Assembly: GCA_040235515.1 (NCBI GenBank) | Contig: JBECKX010000086.1 | Coordinates: 1-42,938, forward strand | Length of the DNA: 42,938 bases | Reading direction: 5' to 3' | Origin: Candidatus Zixiibacteriota bacterium | GTDB lineage: Bacteria; Zixibacteria; MSB-5A5; CAIYYT01 | Shown here: positions 8,420 through 19,202 of the stretch, in pieces | How the letters are laid out: every line of letters begins with the position of its first letter | Position numbering within the stretch: position 1 is the first letter of the stretch | The notes under the pieces: generated by a model | What the model saw: only the letters and a program-made list of their open reading frames with translations | Databases searched by the model: none | Told to the model about the DNA's origin: nothing | Translations under genes and position numbers: made by a program

Positions 8420-9958
8420 ATGCTGGCAAAAATCCTCTCGAGCGCAGTTCTGGGCATTGATGCCTACACCGTTGAAGTCGAAGCGGACATCACGCCGCAG
8501 CTACCTGCATTCGCGACCGTAGGCCTGCCTGATGGCGCGGTCAAGGAGGCAAAGGAGCGGGTAATGTCCGCTATCAAGAACTCAGACTTTGTCTTCCCGA
8601 ACAAGAAAGTAACGATAAACCTGGCCCCTGCTGATATTCGCAAAGAGGGCTCGGCCTTTGATCTGCCGATGGCGGTAGGTATCCTGGCTGCGACCGGACA
8701 GATTCTGCGAGAGGATTTCCACGAGTTTGTGATGGCCGGAGAGCTATCCCTCGATGGGACGCTCAAGTCGGTCGATGGTGTCCTGCCGATGGCAATCAAT
8801 GTTCGCAAGGAATCGATTCGAGGTTTCATCGTTCCACGCGAGAACGCCTCTGAGGCTGCCATGGCGGAGGGGCTGGAGGTCTACCCGGTGGGATCGCTCC
8901 GTGAAGCGATTGCGTTTCTCGAGGATGAGCGTCTGGTCAAGCCGTTCGAGATCGACATGAAGGCGCTCTTCGACACGGCGCGGCACTACAATATCGATTT
9001 CGCCGAGGTAAAGGGGCAGGAGTCCGCCAAGCGGGCGCTGGAGATAGCTGCCGCCGGGGGACATAACATCATTCTTGTCGGTCCGCCCGGTTCCGGCAAG
9101 ACCATGCTGGCACGACGAATCCCAACGATTCTTCCAGACATGACTCTGGAAGAAGCGCTTGAGACCACCAAGATTCACTCTGTCGCAGGTTTGCTCCCAG
9201 ATGATACGGCCTTGATCGCGACGCGTCCCTTTCGGTCGCCACACCATACGATCAGTGATGCCGGTTTGATCGGCGGTGGTCGGATCCCGCGACCCGGCGA
9301 GGTTTCACTCTCCCACAACGGCGTACTGTTTCTGGACGAACTGCCGGAGTTCCGTAAGGATGTGCTGGAGATGCTGCGGCAACCGCTCGAGGATGGCTCT
9401 GTCACGATTTCGAGGGCGATGACATCGCTGACGTATCCATCGAAGCTGATGCTGGCGGCGGCGATGAATCCATGTCCCTGCGGCTATCATGGCGATTTGA
9501 GCCACGAATGCGCCTGCACCGGTGTCCAGATTCAGCGCTATCGCAGCAAGATCTCAGGACCGCTGCTCGACCGGATCGACATCCATATCGAGGTCCCGGC
9601 GGTCAAGTTCAAAGAGCTTGCCGACTCGGAACCGGCTGAGAAGTCGGAGTTAATCAGATCTCGGGCGAACGCGGCGAGGTTGATTCAGCGGGAGCGTTTC
9701 TCGGAACACGCTTCGATTTACTGCAATGCCCATATGGAGTCGCGGAACATCCGCAAATTCTGTCCGCTCGATGAGAAGAGCCAGGACCTGCTGCGCCTGG
9801 CGATCAACAAACTGGGGCTCTCCGCCCGCGCCTATGATCGTATCATCAAAGTTGCACGCACGATAGCCGATCTTGGCGATGCGGAACGAATCGAACCGGA
9901 ACACATCTCAGAGGCGATTCAGTACCGCAGCCTCGATCGCAATCTCTGGCTCAGTTAG
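8420..9958 (+). CDS. comM: YifB/ComM Mg-chelatase-like AAA+ ATPase
   Basis: [26 protein letters not shown], Walker [32 protein letters not shown] and LSARAYDRI. Confidence 0.95.
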   Translation: MLAKILSSAVLGIDAYTVEVEADITPQLPAFATVGLPDGAVKEAKERVMSAIKNSDFVFPNKKVTINLAPADIRKEGSAFDLPMAVGILAATGQILREDFHEFVMAGELSLDGTLKSVDGVLPMAINVRKESIRGFIVPRENASEAAMAEGLEVYPVGSLREAIAFLEDERLVKPFEIDMKALFDTARHYNIDFAEVKGQESAKRALEIAAAGGHNIILVGPPGSGKTMLARRIPTILPDMTLEEALETTKIHSVAGLLPDDTALIATRPFRSPHHTISDAGLIGGGRIPRPGEVSLSHNGVLFLDELPEFRKDVLEMLRQPLEDGSVTISRAMTSLTYPSKLMLAAAMNPCPCGYHGDLSHECACTGVQIQRYRSKISGPLLDRIDIHIEVPAVKFKELADSEPAEKSELIRSRANAARLIQRERFSEHASIYCNAHMESRNIRKFCPLDEKSQDLLRLAINKLGLSARAYDRIIKVARTIADLGDAERIEPEHISEAIQYRSLDRNLWLS

Positions 9959-10113
9959 TTGGATCGCACAACTCCGCTTTGACCCACTTTTGTCACCCGC
10001 CGGTAGTCTTTTTGGGTGCGTATTGTCTCCGTTTTATTATAATGGCGGAAGCATTTTACGGAGGCAAAATCGCTACTTCAACCAATCAGCAGAGTGGAAA
10101 GGACCAGAGCGCG

Positions 10114-11520
10114 ATGCTTAGTTTCACGGAGCAAGTGAATCGCAATTTCGACAAGGCGGCACAGTATCTCGATTACGATCCCGGCCTGCTTGAACAGATC
10201 AAGTGCTGTAACAGCGTTTACCATATGAATTTCCCGATCCGAAGGGATGACGGCTCCGTGGTAGTCGTGAAGGCGTGGCGCGCCGAACACAGTCACCACA
10301 AACTGCCGGTGAAGGGCGGTATCAGGTACTCCCGTCACGCTTCGGAAGATGAAGTAGTTGCCCTCGCATCTCTGATGACTTACAAGTGCGCGCTTGTTGA
10401 TGTGCCGTTTGGCGGTGCCAAGGGTGCGGTGCAGATCAATGTCCGCAATTTCTCGGATGCCGAATTGCAGCGCATCACGCGCAGGTACACCTATGAACTG
10501 ATCAGGAAGAACTTCATCGGTCCCGGAACCGATGTTCCGGCCCCCGATTATGGCACCGGACCTCGTGAGATGGCCTGGATTGTCGACACTTACACCGCGA
10601 TGGCCGGCGGAGAGATCGAGGCTGCTGGCGCAGTTACCGGCAAACCTGTCTCGCAGGGTGGTGTCGCAGGGCGCACAGAAGCTACCGGCCAGGGCGTCTT
10701 CTACGGTATTCGTGAGTTCTGTTCGATCGCCGAGGATATGAAGAAGCTCAACCTGCCCACCGGAATCGATGGCAAGACAGTCGTCGTTCAAGGTCTCGGA
10801 AATGTCGGTTACCATGCCGCAAAGTTCCTGCAGGAAGGTGGAGCACGCGTGATCGGGATAGCGGAATTCGAGGGTGCGATCAAATCTGACAAGGGTCTGG
10901 ATGTCGACGCCGTCTTTGCCCACCGGAAGGAGACCGGATCGCTGCTCAATTTCCCCGGCGCCGAAAACCTTGAGAGCAACATGGATGCCCTCTTCCTCGA
11001 GTGCGACATCCTGGTACCGGCAGCGCTCGAGAACCAGATTCACAAAGACAATGTGGACAGAGTGAAAGCAAAAATCATTGCCGAGGCTGCCAACGGACCT
11101 GTCACCGCCACCGCTTCCGAGCAGTTGCATGAGCGTGGAGTCGTGATCATCCCCGACACCTTCCTCAACGCCGGCGGTGTTACTGTCTCTTATTTCGAGT
11201 GGCTCAAAAATCTCTCCCATATTCGCTTCGGGCGTATGGCCAAGCGCTACGAGGAGGCCTCTCACGTCGAGATGATTCGCACGGTCGAGAAATTGACCGG
11301 TCGCACACTCACCGATGCCGAGATGGCGAAAATCGCGCGTGGTGCTGATGAAGTTGACCTCGTCAATTCGGGTCTCGAAGAGACGATGATCAACGCCTAC
11401 CAGGAAATCAGGGAAATCTACACCGAGCACTCCGGCAAGATCGATTTGCGCACGGCTTCCTTTATCAATGCGATCAATAAGGTAGCTACGGCGTACATGG
11501 AATTGGGCATCTTCCCGTAG
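10114..11520 (+). CDS. gdh: Glu/Leu/Phe/Val dehydrogenase, probably glutamate dehydrogenase
   Basis: [40 protein letters not shown] and [12 protein letters not shown]. Start uncertain (10042 or 10114). Confidence 0.93.
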   Translation: MLSFTEQVNRNFDKAAQYLDYDPGLLEQIKCCNSVYHMNFPIRRDDGSVVVVKAWRAEHSHHKLPVKGGIRYSRHASEDEVVALASLMTYKCALVDVPFGGAKGAVQINVRNFSDAELQRITRRYTYELIRKNFIGPGTDVPAPDYGTGPREMAWIVDTYTAMAGGEIEAAGAVTGKPVSQGGVAGRTEATGQGVFYGIREFCSIAEDMKKLNLPTGIDGKTVVVQGLGNVGYHAAKFLQEGGARVIGIAEFEGAIKSDKGLDVDAVFAHRKETGSLLNFPGAENLESNMDALFLECDILVPAALENQIHKDNVDRVKAKIIAEAANGPVTATASEQLHERGVVIIPDTFLNAGGVTVSYFEWLKNLSHIRFGRMAKRYEEASHVEMIRTVEKLTGRTLTDAEMAKIARGADEVDLVNSGLEETMINAYQEIREIYTEHSGKIDLRTASFINAINKVATAYMELGIFP

Positions 11521-11688
11521 ACCTCTGGCGGAACTGCACAATTTCTGGTGCTCGAACTCGATTTCTGCATATCACCTTAAGATTAGAGTTGTAGAACGGA
11601 TGCCGATCCGTTAAACGTTAGCTGCGCGGTAGGGTATCTAACAGGGGCTGCTCGTTGAAGTGTGTCAACCACCGGCAGAGGTGTATTC

Positions 11689-13410
11689 ATGTTACCATCA
11701 CAATCCGCCAGATTTTCTCCAGCCATCTCCATTCCGCTGGCGCTGCTGCTGTGTGTTGCAGCGGTTTTCGCCAGCTTCGAACCTGCCGACGCTGCGACAT
11801 TCCCTCCAGCCAAGCTGACTTTGCTCAAATCTGACTGGAACAGTGAGTCACTCGATGTCTGGGTCTTCTTCAGCGACAAACAGGACACTGGCGGCAGGCT
11901 CTCCAAGCCTGTTGCGGTATCGGAGAAAGCTCTCGCCAGGCGCGCAGTGCGCGGGAGTTCGGTGGATGCCGACTGGTTCGATCGCGAGGTGAGCAGCGCC
12001 TATCGTGAGGCGGTACTTTCCACCGGCGCCGAACTGCGACAGCAATCTCGCTGGCTAAACGGTATCAGCATCAGCGCTACCCCCGCCCAGGTCGCGGAGA
12101 TTGCCGAGCTGCCATTCGTTACCGAGTTGCGGGAAGTTGCAGTTTACCGCCGGGAACTGCCCGAAGTGGTTGAAACGCCTCCCCTCCACAAACCGACTAG
12201 TCCCGGAGTGCTCAACTACGGCAATTCCTTCGGCCAACTCGATATCATCCAGGTCATCGATCTTCACAACCAGGGGTTGTCAGGTGAAGGGGTTACGATC
12301 CTGATTCTCGACACCGGATTCAAACTCGATCATGAGGTATTCAGGGGAATCGATCTGCTTGGTACCTACGATTTCATCAATGACGATACAGATGTTCAGG
12401 ACGATGGCGAAGTGACGGGCCAACAATCGCATGGGACTTCGACCCTATCGACAATCGCCGCATTCCTGGATGGCACGATGATCGGCGCCGCCTACAACGC
12501 ATCATTTCTGGTGGCAAAAACCGAGGACGTTGCCGCGGAGATTCAGCAGGAAGAAGATAACTGGGTTGCCGCTATCGAGTGGGGAGAGGAGAATGGCGCC
12601 GACATCGCAACCAGTTCGCTCGGATACGATGATTGGTACAACTATTCTGACTTTGACGGCAATCGGGCAGTGACGACTAAGGCTGCGGATATCGCCGCCT
12701 CACTCGGCGTGATTGTAGTGAACTCGATCGGCAACGACGGGCATGATGGTCCTCCCAGCCTCAATGCTCCGGCAGATGGTGACAGTGTGATTGCCGTCGG
12801 CGCAATCGACCTCACCGGGCGGATCGCCGCCTTCTCCTCGAACGGCCCCACCGCCGATGGTCGCATCAAGCCTGATGTGCTTGCTCCGGGGGTTTCCGTG
12901 CTGGTTGCCACGAGTTCAGGTGGCTATGGGACCTCCAGCGGTACCTCATTTTCCTGCCCGCTTGCCGCCGGCGTCTGTGCCTTGTTGCTGGAGGCACATC
13001 CCGATTGGACTTATGGCCAGCTCTACGGCGCCCTTACCGGGTCCGCAACCCGTGCACTCGATCCTGACAACGTCTCCGGATATGGCATTATCAGGGCCGA
13101 GCGTGCCGCTAACTATACCCCGGGTGATGAGGTCACGATTAAGGGCATGGTAGGGTTTCCCAACCCGTTCAATCCCCCACAGGAAAGCATCGAATTCGCG
13201 TTCGAGATTGAACCGAGCGGGCCGATCGAGCTGCGGATTTACACCGTCGCCGGTGAGAAAATCTTCGAGTATACCCGTGGCGCCGAGGATCCGCTGCCGC
13301 TGTCGTGGGATGGCACTAATCAGGATGGCGAAGAAGTGGCCTCGGGCGTCTATATCGCTTTCATCTCCGGGTCGGGCATCTCCGAGACCTACAAAATCGT
13401 GAAATTGTAG
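11689..13410 (+). CDS. Secreted S8 (subtilisin-like) serine peptidase with C-terminal T9SS/FlgD-Ig-type sorting domain
   Basis: Catalytic triad motifs LDTG, HGT and SGTSFSCP. C-terminal FPNPFNP...IYTVAGE...WDGTNQDGEEVASGVY...KIVKL. GAGGTG SD. Confidence 0.92.
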   Translation: MLPSQSARFSPAISIPLALLLCVAAVFASFEPADAATFPPAKLTLLKSDWNSESLDVWVFFSDKQDTGGRLSKPVAVSEKALARRAVRGSSVDADWFDREVSSAYREAVLSTGAELRQQSRWLNGISISATPAQVAEIAELPFVTELREVAVYRRELPEVVETPPLHKPTSPGVLNYGNSFGQLDIIQVIDLHNQGLSGEGVTILILDTGFKLDHEVFRGIDLLGTYDFINDDTDVQDDGEVTGQQSHGTSTLSTIAAFLDGTMIGAAYNASFLVAKTEDVAAEIQQEEDNWVAAIEWGEENGADIATSSLGYDDWYNYSDFDGNRAVTTKAADIAASLGVIVVNSIGNDGHDGPPSLNAPADGDSVIAVGAIDLTGRIAAFSSNGPTADGRIKPDVLAPGVSVLVATSSGGYGTSSGTSFSCPLAAGVCALLLEAHPDWTYGQLYGALTGSATRALDPDNVSGYGIIRAERAANYTPGDEVTIKGMVGFPNPFNPPQESIEFAFEIEPSGPIELRIYTVAGEKIFEYTRGAEDPLPLSWDGTNQDGEEVASGVYIAFISGSGISETYKIVKL

Positions 13411-13500
13411 CGGCAGTCTCCGTTTCGGCCAATAAAATCGGGCATTCCCATAATAGTCTACTAAAACGTCACTTTTTGCCGCGGGTCATCCCTTTTGCGT

Positions 13501-13529
13501 TTGACTTGCCAATCTCGACTAGATATACT
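13501..13529 (+). promoter_or_regulatory. sigma70 promoter of sucCD
   Basis: TTGACT - 17 nt - TATACT. Confidence 0.7.
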
Positions 13530-13601
13530 GCGGCTCGTGGCGCGGGCGCAGGCTCCGCGTCTTGCTGTTTGGGGAGATAATTGCTTGTCCGAGGAGTGGT
13601 C

Positions 13602-14792
13602 ATGCGACTCTACGAATTCGAAGCCAAAGAACTATTCAGAAAAATGAGAATACCTACAACCGAGGGCACCGTGGTGACTTCGGCTGCTGATGCCATTGCC
13701 CGGACCGTTGAGCTTGGCCTGCCGCGTGTGCTGAAATCGCAGGTCCTCACCGGCGGTCGCGGCAAGGCGGGCGGCATCATGATCGTCCGAAACCAGGACC
13801 AGCTCGAGAAGGCCGCGAAAGCACTCTTTGAATTGAAGATTAAAGGCTACCCGGTCGAGAAGGTGTTACTTGATCCTTTTGTCGAAATCGAGAGGGAGTT
13901 CTATCTCGGTGTGACCATCGATCGCGCCAACTACAAGCTGGTCGTGATCGCCTGCGCCGAGGGTGGTGTTGAGATCGAAGAGACCGCGCGTCTTAACCCG
14001 GAAAAGATCATGAAGGTACCGCTCGACGTCGACGAGTATCTGATGTCATTCGATGCCATCAGGATCGGCAAGTTTCTGGGATTGGCGGGAGACCAGCTCA
14101 AGGCATTTATCCCGATCGCGGTTAATCTCTACCGACTCTTTAAGGTTTATGATGCCAAGCTGGTGGAGATCAATCCGCTGGTGTTGACGAAGGCTGGCAA
14201 ACTCCTCGCCGCGGACGCCCGCATGTCTATTGACGATGACGCTCTGTTCCGTCACAGGGATCTTCAGGAGATGGGGATCGAGAAGCGTCATGAGGAGGGT
14301 GAGATGACACCCCGCGAACAACAGGCGCGCGAGTGGGGCATTCCATACCTCGACCTGGATGGCGATATCGGAATGTTCCCCGGAGGGGCGGGATTCGGGA
14401 TCATGGGCAATGACTTCATTCACTACTATGGGGGCAAACCCGCCAATTTCATGGACTCCGGCGGAGGCCCGTCACCGGAACGAATCGCCAAGATGCTTAT
14501 CCTGCTCGATGAAAACCCCAATGTCAAAGCGATTTTCGGCGCGCGTTTCGGCGGGATCAGCCGTTGCGACGACTTTGCCAGGGGCGTCGTGATGTTCCTC
14601 AAGGATCATGGCCTCTCCAAGCCGATGGTGATGCGCTTCACCGGCAACATGTGGCAGGAGGGAATGCGAATCTTCGAAGAGGAGAAAGCTGCCAACCCCG
14701 AATTGTTCAAGCGAATCGAATACCACGGCATTGAGACGCCGATCGAAGAAATCTCCAAGCGCGCAGTCGAACTGGCGAAGGAGGTGAAGTAA
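13602..14792 (+). CDS. sucC: Succinate--CoA ligase beta-subunit family (ATP-grasp), divergent
   Basis: MRLYEFEAKELF, KSQVLTGGRGKAGG, EINPL, GGKPANFMD.GGG and FGGISRCD. GAGGAG SD. Confidence 0.85.
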   Translation: MRLYEFEAKELFRKMRIPTTEGTVVTSAADAIARTVELGLPRVLKSQVLTGGRGKAGGIMIVRNQDQLEKAAKALFELKIKGYPVEKVLLDPFVEIEREFYLGVTIDRANYKLVVIACAEGGVEIEETARLNPEKIMKVPLDVDEYLMSFDAIRIGKFLGLAGDQLKAFIPIAVNLYRLFKVYDAKLVEINPLVLTKAGKLLAADARMSIDDDALFRHRDLQEMGIEKRHEEGEMTPREQQAREWGIPYLDLDGDIGMFPGGAGFGIMGNDFIHYYGGKPANFMDSGGGPSPERIAKMLILLDENPNVKAIFGARFGGISRCDDFARGVVMFLKDHGLSKPMVMRFTGNMWQEGMRIFEEEKAANPELFKRIEYHGIETPIEEISKRAVELAKEVK

Positions 14793-15658
14793 TGGCTATT
14801 CTCGTAGATAAGCAGTCGCGCGTGATAGTGCAGGGCATCACCGGTGGTGCTGGATCATTCCACGCCAAACGTATGAAGAACTACGGCACCAATATCGTGG
14901 CGGGAACCTCTCCCGGTAAAGGCGGAGAGCAGGTCGAAGGAATTCCGGTGTATGACACCGTTATGGAGTGCGTGGAGCATCAGGACGCCGACACTTCCGT
15001 AATTTTCCTGCCGGCGCAGTTTGTCAAGGACGCTGCGATTGAGTCGATTCGAGCCGGGATCAAGTTTATCGTGGTGGTACCGGAGCATATCCCGATTCAT
15101 GATATGCTCGTTGTCCGAAAGGAAGCGCTGAAGTATGGCGCAACGGTTCTGGGTGGTAACACAGCGGGGATCATTACGCCGGGTGAAGCCAACCTGGGAA
15201 TCATCCCCGACATTGCATTCAAGCCGGGTCGTGTCGGTACTGTCAGCCGCTCCGGTTCGCTGACGTATTACATTGCGGATACGTTGACCTCAGCCGGGTA
15301 TGGCGAAACCACCTGCGTGGGACTTGGTGGCGATCCCGTGCTGGGGTCGACTTTCGATGAGATTCTCTGGAAATTCGAAGAGGATGACAAGACCAAAGCG
15401 GTGGTGATGGCCGGCGAAATCGGTGGCGTGTATGAAGAGCGTGCCAGGGATGTAATCGCTAAGATGAAGACACCTGTCATTGCAATGATCGGGGGTGTCT
15501 TCGCTCCTCCCGGAAAGCGAATGGGACACGCAGGCGCCATCGTCGAAGGCAATATGGGCACGGCGGAGTCGAAACTGAAAGTACTTGAGGAAGCGGGTGC
15601 GCATCGCGCACGCACATTCCTCGATATTCCGAGGATTCTCGGCGAACTGGGAGTGTAG
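14792..15658 (+). CDS. sucD: Succinate--CoA ligase alpha subunit
   Basis: VIVQGITG, SRSGSLT, GLGGDP, GEIGG and phospho-His motif RMGHAGA. TAATG overlap with sucC. Confidence 0.92.
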   Translation: MAILVDKQSRVIVQGITGGAGSFHAKRMKNYGTNIVAGTSPGKGGEQVEGIPVYDTVMECVEHQDADTSVIFLPAQFVKDAAIESIRAGIKFIVVVPEHIPIHDMLVVRKEALKYGATVLGGNTAGIITPGEANLGIIPDIAFKPGRVGTVSRSGSLTYYIADTLTSAGYGETTCVGLGGDPVLGSTFDEILWKFEEDDKTKAVVMAGEIGGVYEERARDVIAKMKTPVIAMIGGVFAPPGKRMGHAGAIVEGNMGTAESKLKVLEEAGAHRARTFLDIPRILGELGV

Positions 15659-15744
15659 CGACATTCACCTGGCGCAGCATCGCTTGCGGTGGGTTGGGAT
15701 ATAGGAATCGGTACCCCTCTGCTGACTGTGGGGAAGACCTATCT

Positions 15745-16010
15745 ATACACACCCCGGCTCCGATTCGCCGAAGCGAATCGATGCCACCCCTCTCAAGAGG
15801 GGTAGGGCTGCGTCGAGAGTAGGTCGGGGTTCAGCATGCTGAGCCCTCTTGAAGCTGTCAGCTTGCAGGGGCGAATGGCATTCGCCCAAGCGATTGCGAT
15901 GGGTGAATGCCATTCGCCAACGCAGGAAGGTGAGGCTTCGCCTCACCGTCATTCCCGCGCAGGCGGGAATCCAGGAGGACAGACGTGCCTGTCTGTCTTC
16001 TGGTAGGGCC
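15745..16010. repeat. Cluster of REP-like palindromes
   Basis: CCCCTCTCAAGAGGGG; GTAGGTCGGGGTTCAGCATGCTGAGCCC; inverted pair GGCGAATGGCATTCGCCC (15870-15887) / GGGTGAATGCCATTCGCC (15901-15918); GGTGAGGCTTCGCCTCACC; CGTCATTCCCGCGCAGGCGGGAATCCAG (15947-15974); GACAGAC..GTCTGTC. Confidence 0.8.
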
Positions 16011-16143
16011 GATTTTATTGTGACATTTTCGTGCGCGGCAGCCGTCCTCGCCTGCTGCGAAACAATGTCTTTGTGAGGAGCAGAACGACGCAGAAATGCC
16101 CCGGCGGTGATTTTCCGATTCCGGCAGATGCGTGGAGAAATGT

Positions 16144-17151
16144 ATGCACGAGATCTTGACTGAAGTATACCGCAACAAAACCGTTGAATCAGTTCACTAC
16201 GGTTCGGTTGTCGTCACCGACGAGAAGGGTACCGTACTCTGGTACGCCGGCAACCCCGACCTGGTCACCTTCTCACGTTCGTCGGCAAAGCCATTTCAGT
16301 TTCTTCCTGTTTACGAGTCAGGCGCAACCCGGAAATTCGGGCACAGCCTCAAGCAAATGGCTATCATGCTCGGTTCACACAACGGTTCGGACGAGCATGT
16401 CAGGGTGGCCAAGTCAAACCTCGATCTGATCAAGCTGGATGAATCCTACCTCAAGTGCGGCACCCATCTTCCGATCGAACGCCGCATCAAGAATATCGGC
16501 CCGCGTGAAGGAGAGAAGTTTACCCCGTTGCAGCACAACTGTTCGGGCAAACATTCGGGGCAGTTGGCGCTCTCTGTGCATATCGGGGATGATCCATTGC
16601 ACTATATCGATCCGGAGTCGAAGACCCAGCAATTGGTGAAGCGTACCGTTGCCGAGATGTATGACTACCCGGTAGAGAATATCCAGATGGGTACCGACGG
16701 CTGCTCGCTCCCCAATTTCGCCTTACCGCTGAGGAACATGGCGCGCGGATTTGCGGCAATCGTAGCCGGGAACACGAGTTCCGCCACGCGCAGGGAAGCG
16801 TTTAAGACCATTATCGCCGCGATGACTCAACATCCCGAAATGGTCTCTGGCGATGGTCGCCCCGACCTGGCGATCGCCCGCGTTTGTAACGGAGATGTGA
16901 TCTGCAAGGTGGGCGGGGAAGCGGTCGAGGGAATCGGCGTAATCCCGCAGAAGATCGGTATTGCGATCAAGATGGCGGATGGTCAACCCCGCGGCTTGAC
17001 ACCGGTTATCTGTTCGGTTCTGCAACAGCTCAAGGTCATCGATGCACAGCAGAGCAAAGCGCTGCTGGACTTTAGCCGTCCACAGTTATATAATAACCGG
17101 GACATTAATATCGGCGAAGTAGTGCCGGTCGTGCGGCTTAAGAAGGGCTAG
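16144..17151 (+). CDS. ansA: Class 3 (Rhizobium etli AnsA-type) L-asparaginase II
   Basis: RSSAKPFQ, SH.G, HNCSGKH, TDGC and CKVGGEA motifs. Confidence 0.88.
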   Translation: MHEILTEVYRNKTVESVHYGSVVVTDEKGTVLWYAGNPDLVTFSRSSAKPFQFLPVYESGATRKFGHSLKQMAIMLGSHNGSDEHVRVAKSNLDLIKLDESYLKCGTHLPIERRIKNIGPREGEKFTPLQHNCSGKHSGQLALSVHIGDDPLHYIDPESKTQQLVKRTVAEMYDYPVENIQMGTDGCSLPNFALPLRNMARGFAAIVAGNTSSATRREAFKTIIAAMTQHPEMVSGDGRPDLAIARVCNGDVICKVGGEAVEGIGVIPQKIGIAIKMADGQPRGLTPVICSVLQQLKVIDAQQSKALLDFSRPQLYNNRDINIGEVVPVVRLKKG

Positions 17152-17198
17152 TCAGGAAAGGTAAATTGAGTGAGGTCAGTCAGAGAGGTTAGAACCCT

Positions 17199-17738
17199 GT
17201 GAGAAAATTCCTTGAAGAGAAGTTTCCCGAGCTGAGTCAGATCAGTGATTCCGATTTGCGAGAGAAGACGATCAACGTGATGCTGGAAGCGATCGAGTTG
17301 AGCGGCTTCGCGCAGAATGAGCTGGAGCAGGTGCCGTTCACGCTCCTGATCCCCGGTACGCCGATCAGTCTGATCGATCATATTCGCGCCGTCACTGACA
17401 CCGCTCTCAAGATGACCGAGGCCGTGAACAAGGCCTATCCGGATCGCATCAAGATAAACGTCGACTACATGATTATTGGCGGCTTGCTGCACGATATCGG
17501 CAAGTTTTCGGAATACAAATTTGCGGACGGCAAATTCTCCAAGTCAGATTTCGGCAAACTGGTGCGGCATCCCTTCAGCGGCGCGGGCCTGGCCCTTAAG
17601 CATGGCCTGCCGGCGGAAGTGATTCACCTGATCGCCACACATGCCGGGGAAGGGGATAAAGGCTACCGTTCACCCGCTTCGGTAGTGTTGCATCACGCCG
17701 ACTTCACCAATTTTGAAGCCCTCGGGGGCAAGATATAG
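17199..17738 (+). CDS. HD-domain (HDIG) phosphohydrolase
   Basis: PFTLL...H...LLHDIGK...RHPFSG...HA.EG...HHADF. Confidence 0.88.
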   Translation: MRKFLEEKFPELSQISDSDLREKTINVMLEAIELSGFAQNELEQVPFTLLIPGTPISLIDHIRAVTDTALKMTEAVNKAYPDRIKINVDYMIIGGLLHDIGKFSEYKFADGKFSKSDFGKLVRHPFSGAGLALKHGLPAEVIHLIATHAGEGDKGYRSPASVVLHHADFTNFEALGGKI

Positions 17739-17772
17739 AGCGTACTTGCGCGAACTTCTTGAGGAGTAATTG

Positions 17773-19167
17773 ATGGACCACTTTTCGGAACCATATCGCA
17801 TAAAGGTCGTCGAGCCGATCAACCTGATTTCGCGCGAAGAGCGCGAGCAGAGGATTCAAGAGGCCTACTTCAACATCTTCAACCTCAAGTCACAGGATGT
17901 TTTCATCGACCTGCTGACCGATTCAGGCACGGGTGCGATGAGCGATAACCAGTGGGCCGGCATGATGCTGGGTGATGAGGCTTACGCACAATGCCGCAAC
18001 TACCAGAATTTTGTCGAGACGCTGCGCGACGTCTTCGGTTTCGAACACTTCATTCCGGTTCATCAGGGACGCGTGGCAGAGAACCTGCTCTTCTCGACGA
18101 TCGTCAAGAAGGGTGATTACATTCCCAACAACACCCATTTCGATACCACCCGCGCCAACACACTGCATAAGGGCGGTATCCCGGTCGACCTGATCTGCAA
18201 AGAAGCCAAGGACCCGCACAGCCAGGAACCGTTCAAGGGTAACATGGATGTCGAACGGCTGGAGGATTTCATCCGCGAGAAGGGTGCCGCCAAGATTCCC
18301 GCCTGTTTCCTGACGATTACCAACAACTCCACCGGCGGGCAGCCGGTTTCGATGGCCAATATCAAAGCGACCCGGATGGTACTGGAGAAATTCGGTATCC
18401 CGCTCTATTTCGACTGTGCCCGTTTTGCGGAGAACGCTTACTTCATCAAGACTCGTGAGAAGGGCTATGCCGACAAGACGATCAAGGAGATCACGCGCGA
18501 GATGTTTTCCTACGCCGATGGCGCGCTGATGTCTGCCAAGAAGGATGGCCTCGTTAATATGGGTGGCTTCATCGGAATGAATGATTCGGAACTGGAGCAG
18601 AAGGTCACCAACCTGATGATCCTGATCGAGGGGTTCCGCACCTACGGCGGTCTTGCGGGTCGCGACCTCGAAGCGATCGCGCGCGGAATCTATGAGGCGC
18701 TCGATGAGCGTTACCTCGAGTTCCGCACCAAGCAGGTAAAATACCTCGGTGAGGAGTTGATAAAGCGTGGTGTGCCGATCATCGAACCGACCGGCGGACA
18801 CGCGGTGTTTATCAATGCCGGGGAATTCCTGCCGCACATCCCTCCCGGTGAGTTCCCGGGGCAGGCTCTCGTGGTGGCTCTATACCGCGAAGGCGGAATT
18901 CGTTCCTGCGAGATCGGGTCGATCATGTTCGAAACCGAGAATCCTGACAGCGGCGAGAAAGAGTATGCCCCATACGAGTTGGTTCGTCTGGCAGTGCCGC
19001 GCCGAGTGTATACCAACGCCCACCTGATGCATGTTGCTCTCTGCGCTGAAAAGATCGCAGGCTACAAAGAGAAGCTGGGTGGTTTCGAGTTCGAATACCA
19101 GTCCCAATACCTCCGCCATTTCACCATGCGCCTGCGGGAGTTGAAGCCGGTAACAGCGAAGGTGTAG
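17773..19167 (+). CDS. tnaA: Tryptophanase (beta-eliminating lyase)
   Basis: EPYRIKVVE, IDLLTDSGT, HQGR.AE and FDTTR. The PLP-lysine motif MSAKKD and C-terminal LRHFT favour TnaA over tyrosine phenol-lyase (MSGKKD/LRFFT). Confidence 0.88.
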   Translation: MDHFSEPYRIKVVEPINLISREEREQRIQEAYFNIFNLKSQDVFIDLLTDSGTGAMSDNQWAGMMLGDEAYAQCRNYQNFVETLRDVFGFEHFIPVHQGRVAENLLFSTIVKKGDYIPNNTHFDTTRANTLHKGGIPVDLICKEAKDPHSQEPFKGNMDVERLEDFIREKGAAKIPACFLTITNNSTGGQPVSMANIKATRMVLEKFGIPLYFDCARFAENAYFIKTREKGYADKTIKEITREMFSYADGALMSAKKDGLVNMGGFIGMNDSELEQKVTNLMILIEGFRTYGGLAGRDLEAIARGIYEALDERYLEFRTKQVKYLGEELIKRGVPIIEPTGGHAVFINAGEFLPHIPPGEFPGQALVVALYREGGIRSCEIGSIMFETENPDSGEKEYAPYELVRLAVPRRVYTNAHLMHVALCAEKIAGYKEKLGGFEFEYQSQYLRHFTMRLRELKPVTAKV

Positions 19168-19202
19168 CGCCTATCATTGCGATGAGCGAAGGGCTTTAGT
19201 AA

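Noticed and set aside
10038..10071. TATAAT overlapping ATG 10042, and GGAGG followed by an in-frame ATC at 10069 (non-canonical start for gdh)
   Set aside because: No clear -35 box, short SD spacing, and a conventional ATG at 10114 with AAGGA upstream suffices.
10078..11541. 487-aa antisense ORF over gdh
   Set aside because: Shadow ORF from codon bias of a conserved gene, with no recognisable motifs.
15743..16178. Short ORFs in the sucD-ansA gap (e.g. the VIPAQAGIQ peptide)
   Set aside because: These are translations of REP-like palindromes.
17923..18837. 304-aa antisense ORF over tnaA, and similar antisense or alternate-frame ORFs throughout (e.g. 562-1290, 32325-32987, 42002-42586)
   Set aside because: They overlap well-supported genes and show no family motifs.
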